DNA of 63,759 nt, counting the filler, from Dirinaria sp. TL-2023a (Eukaryota), in NCBI GenBank assembly GCA_051941275.1. It is 13 parts of 13 records of this genome, joined end to end, with 100 filler letters (N's around TTAATTAATTAA, not from the genome) between each part and the next. Parts side by side here need not be neighbours in the genome. Positions count along the whole stretch, not along the records: positions 58,971 to 63,759 come from JAVEBF010001774.1; 12 more parts are not named here. The stretch is one strand, 5' to 3'. The notes below the pieces were generated by a model. The model had not been told where the DNA came from and did no database searches. It worked only from the letters and a program-made list of their open reading frames with translations. Below are positions 60,381-63,759 of the stretch, in pieces (the stretch's first letter is position 1; the number at the start of each line of letters is the position of its first letter). The translations under genes were made by a program, and so were the position numbers.

Positions 60381-63300
60381 AGTAAGGTAGGGTTGCGGGG
60401 AAGCTAGCCGTTTTCGGGTTGTCACTTAAGATTTTGTTGGATTGTAAAGGGGTTGCGGGTAGGAGTTGAAGGTCAAAAACAGTCCTCGGTGCTGCTAGCG
60501 TGGTTTGGTTGAAAAGATGGGAAAGGAGACAAGGCACACTTTAAAGAAAGTAAGATAGGATTGCAGGGAAGCTACCCGTTTCCGGGTTGTCACTTAAGTT
60601 TTTGATGGATTGTAAAGCGGTCGCGGGTAGGATTTGAAGCTGGAAACAGTCTCGGTGCTGTTAGCGCTGTTTCGGTTGAAAAATTGGGAAGCAGACCACG
60701 TCTTGAACGAAGTAAGGTAGGGTTTCGAGGAAGCTAGCCCGTTCTCGGAGTTTCACTTTGATTTCTGTTGGATTGTAAAGAGGTTGCGGGTAGGATTTGG
60801 ACCCGAAAAGACAGTCCTGATTGCTGTTAGCGCTGTTTGGTTGAAAAGATGGGGAGGCAGATAAGGTAGAATCACATCCACAAGCCTGCGGTATCTGAAG
60901 GACAAGGCTTACTGCCGCTAATAAAGTACAGATACCTGGCAAAACGGATGGAAAGAGATCATCGCGCGCACAAAAATTGATATGGAGATTGATCTGCGGT
61001 AGATCTGTACAGACGTTTTGCACTCCCGTACTCGGCCCTGTATGGGCAAATTGACTGCTGTTCGAGCTAGTAATGTGGTGCATCAAAAATATCACTGAAT
61101 AAGTCATCGCTGAATAATCTCAATTTTCTCAGCCAAGGTCTTGGGCATAGCTGACCATTGGCGACCTAATATCAATGCTCCAGCAATACTGCGAGGTCAC
61201 CTAATAGAAGGGATGCTTTCCGACTCCACAACATGAACTGTACCAGTTTCCTTCCTTATGGCCCTGGGCCTCGAAAAGCGCCTGTAATATCTTAACGCCA
61301 TCTATGATCTACAGGTACGAACGGGAGGTTGGCGCCAAAAGTGCTAGCTAGCGTCATGTGTACCAAGACGAGCCAATAAGGTCACGACAGGTAAGCTTTG
61401 GAGAGCACAGCTGCACTCTGAGGATCAAGTTGGGGCTTTCGGGTGACGATATTTGCTGGTCTCTCGAGCGACTTTTAGTGGACATTATCTGCGGCATTGA
61501 CCGCGCGGGTCAGGATTTATGGTGCAGAAACTCGTATCTTCAAAAACTGCCCGAGGTCTCAAAGCTCTACAGTCAGCAATCAGGAATCAATTCGAAAATG
61601 TCAGGATTCAAAATCTGGTTCTCATTCCTGAGTAGGAATCAGAGATTGATTTTGGAATTGATTACTGACTCCTATTGACCACAGAGTCCAAAGGGTTGAG
61701 AATTAGCGGTTGATGGAAGTAAAGTAGAATCATGGGCGAGCTAATCGTTATCGGGTTGTCACTTAGCTCTTTGTTGGGTTGTAAATGTCTGTAGGGTAGG
61801 ACTTGGACCAAGAACACAGTTCTTAATGCTTCTAGCGCGGTGCGGGTTGAAAATATGGGAGGGTGTATCGCTCAGTAGTACTGCGTACAGAGTACGAGTA
61901 CAGGGTCTTGCACTCGAAAATCAACCTCAAAGAGAACAAAAAGCTCTCACGTGGTAAGCCATTGCTCAACAGGCTCAAGTCTCTGACCAAGATTTTGGTC
62001 ATAGCAGGATATTGGCGAGCATCCAATGCTTCAGCTAGATGTGAAACATACAGCTATGGCCAGTAACGGAAAGGAACCCTTCGATGCTGCCCATTAACTG
62101 CGCCCACTCGTTCTTTGCTCCATCGTTTTGGGGTGCAATGACTTACTTAACCTTGTATACATTACCTTCAAACATTGATGGACGTCCCTTTCGTTTCGAA
62201 GTGTGGAGGGTTGGGGATTGAAGCAATTAAGGTAAGGTAAGGTAAGGTAAACTAAGGTCAAGTAGATAAGGTAGGGTTCCGAAGAATCTAGCCGTTTTCG
62301 GGTTGTCACTTAGTTCTCTGTTGGATTGTAAACAGCTCGCGGGTAGGAATTGGACCAAATCCACAGTCCTCGGTGCTGCTAGCGCGGTTTCGGTTGAAAA
62401 GAAGGGAGGAACTTACCTTAGGTTATCAGACAGTACCAGTGACCTGGGCTGAGGAAAGCATTTACCGAGCAAATACTTTAGGTAATGTAGATAGAGTACG
62501 GGCTTTTGCTACTCGAACTTAGCCTTACGAGGACAAGTTTTTCCTTACGTCAGAAAGACTGTGGCTGACATCCAAGAGTCTCACGAGGTAAGAATTTGTA
62601 CAATGATGCTGGCTCCATAGCGAATTTCTTGAGGGGCAGCTGATCATTGATGAGCATCAATACTTCACCTACACTTAGATGCGAAATATATCGCTGACTT
62701 CTGATGTCGTAACATGAACTGTACACAGTCATTCCTTCATCTATGGCCCTCGATTCTTGAGAAGCACCCGAAATGTTCTGATCAGTTAGTATACATTACG
62801 TTCAAAATATGACGGAGCTTTCAAAGAACGTATGGTCAGCATCTGACGGAAGTAAAGCAAGACAAAAGGAAGGTAAGGTAAGGTAAAGTAGGGTCGCGGA
62901 TGAGCGACTCGGCGCCCACATTCTAGAAGAAGGCTTCTCAATTGTTTCTGGGGTTTCACTTCAGCTTTTGCCGGTTTGTGAACGGGTCGCGCGTAGGATT
63001 TGGATCAAAACACAGTCCTCGATGCTGTTAGCGCGGAACTACATTGAAAAGACGAGAAGAAAGACCACATATCACCACAGGCCTGGATTATCCTGTAGGA
63101 AACACTTATCGCACTAATAAGTAGAGTACTGACCTTTGCACTCTGACTCAGCTTTCCAGGCACAAGACTTTTTTCAAGTACTCAAAATCTCTCCCAAGAG
63201 CAGCTCATAATGCAATAAGCTGAGCCGTTTCAGACAGACTTTGTGGACTTCGGCGGCCATCAATGTTTCAACATTCGACAAGCTCACTTGATGAAAAGGA

Positions 63301-63759
63301 TGCTTTTCATATCGCAACATGAGCTGTGCCTAGTTCTTTACTCCTTCTTGATCTTGAGCCTCCAAAAGCCAATTCCTAAACATTTGAGACACTGTATAAA
63401 CCTTCAATTCTACCTTGGCGGCCATATAAAATCCTAGGAGATCAAGAAGACGCGGTAGCTCTGGAGTAACAGTGTTCACATCTTAGTACTTCTTATTAAT
63501 CATATCGATGCAGTATTGACACAATTCTTATATCATCTTTCAGGTGTAGATACAATTTCTAAGAAACATCGAAGCTAAGATAAGGGAAGGCACATTGGCG
63601 GAGATTCAAGTGTGTTGGATCAGCGGTTGAAGTAAGGTAGGACTGCGGCTGAGCTAACTGTTTCGGGGTTGTCACTTAGTCTTTTGTTGGGTTGTAAACA
63701 GCTCCCGGGTAGGATTTGAATCCAAAGCACAGTCCTGATGCTGCTAGCGGGATTTGGAT
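60381..63759 (+). repeat. Array of seven ~140-bp direct-repeat cores with variable spacers
   Basis: Cores at about 60381-60522, 60549-60690, 60711-60855, 61718-61861, 62266-62408, 62882-63057 (with an insertion) and 63631-63759 (truncated). Shared consensus blocks: GTAAGGTAGG, CGGGTTGTCACTTA, TTGTTGGATTGTAAA, CGGGTAGGA, ACAGTCCT, TGCTGYTAGCG, GGTTGAAAA. Confidence 0.92.

Noticed and set aside
60381..63759. CRISPR array
   Set aside because: Repeats are ~140 bp and degenerate, spacers range from ~20 to ~860 bp and are partly homologous, there are no cas genes, and the context is eukaryotic.
60381..63759. Hammerhead ribozyme/retrozyme or introner-like elements
   Set aside because: No conserved CUGANGA core (only CTGATGC or CTGATTG in two copies). 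Cores start GTAAGG, but there is no consistent branch point and acceptor, and the spacers do not join into an ORF.
1..63759. tRNA, rRNA or snRNA genes
   Set aside because: GTTCGA-like strings (e.g. ~4089, ~5053) lack cloverleaf stems. None was recognised by eye; tRNAscan-SE/Infernal would be needed to exclude them.

Overview
This is not one contiguous locus. It is 13 unrelated contigs of about 4.8 kb from a filamentous ascomycete (Pezizomycotina, possibly a lichen-forming fungus). They are sorted by decreasing length and joined by artificial 100-nt spacers (N44-TTAATTAATTAA-N44). Genes carry spliceosomal introns with CTRAC-type branch points. Recognisable genes: DCAF4-like WD40 protein, ORM1, an Air1/2-like five-zinc-knuckle protein with an apparent Efg1-like N-terminal domain, U1-C (partial), an Ada/AraC methylphosphotriester-repair regulator, a YTP1/DUF2427-like membrane protein, RBD2 rhomboid, HIS5, a J-domain protein (partial), a C2H2 zinc-finger protein, a flavin L-amino-acid oxidase, a HeLo-like/NACHT NLR (partial), a PTH11-like membrane protein and PXR1. 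The main leads are: (1) a probable AT-AC intron with U2-type signals in the U1-C gene, which encodes a 5' splice-site recognition factor; (2) an Efg1-Air domain fusion; (3) a TA-ended MITE family carrying TTAGGG telomere-like repeats; (4) an array of seven ~140-bp conserved non-coding cores separated by divergent spacers; (5) a RIP-like decayed long ORF. All identifications come from reading motifs by eye; no database searches were run.
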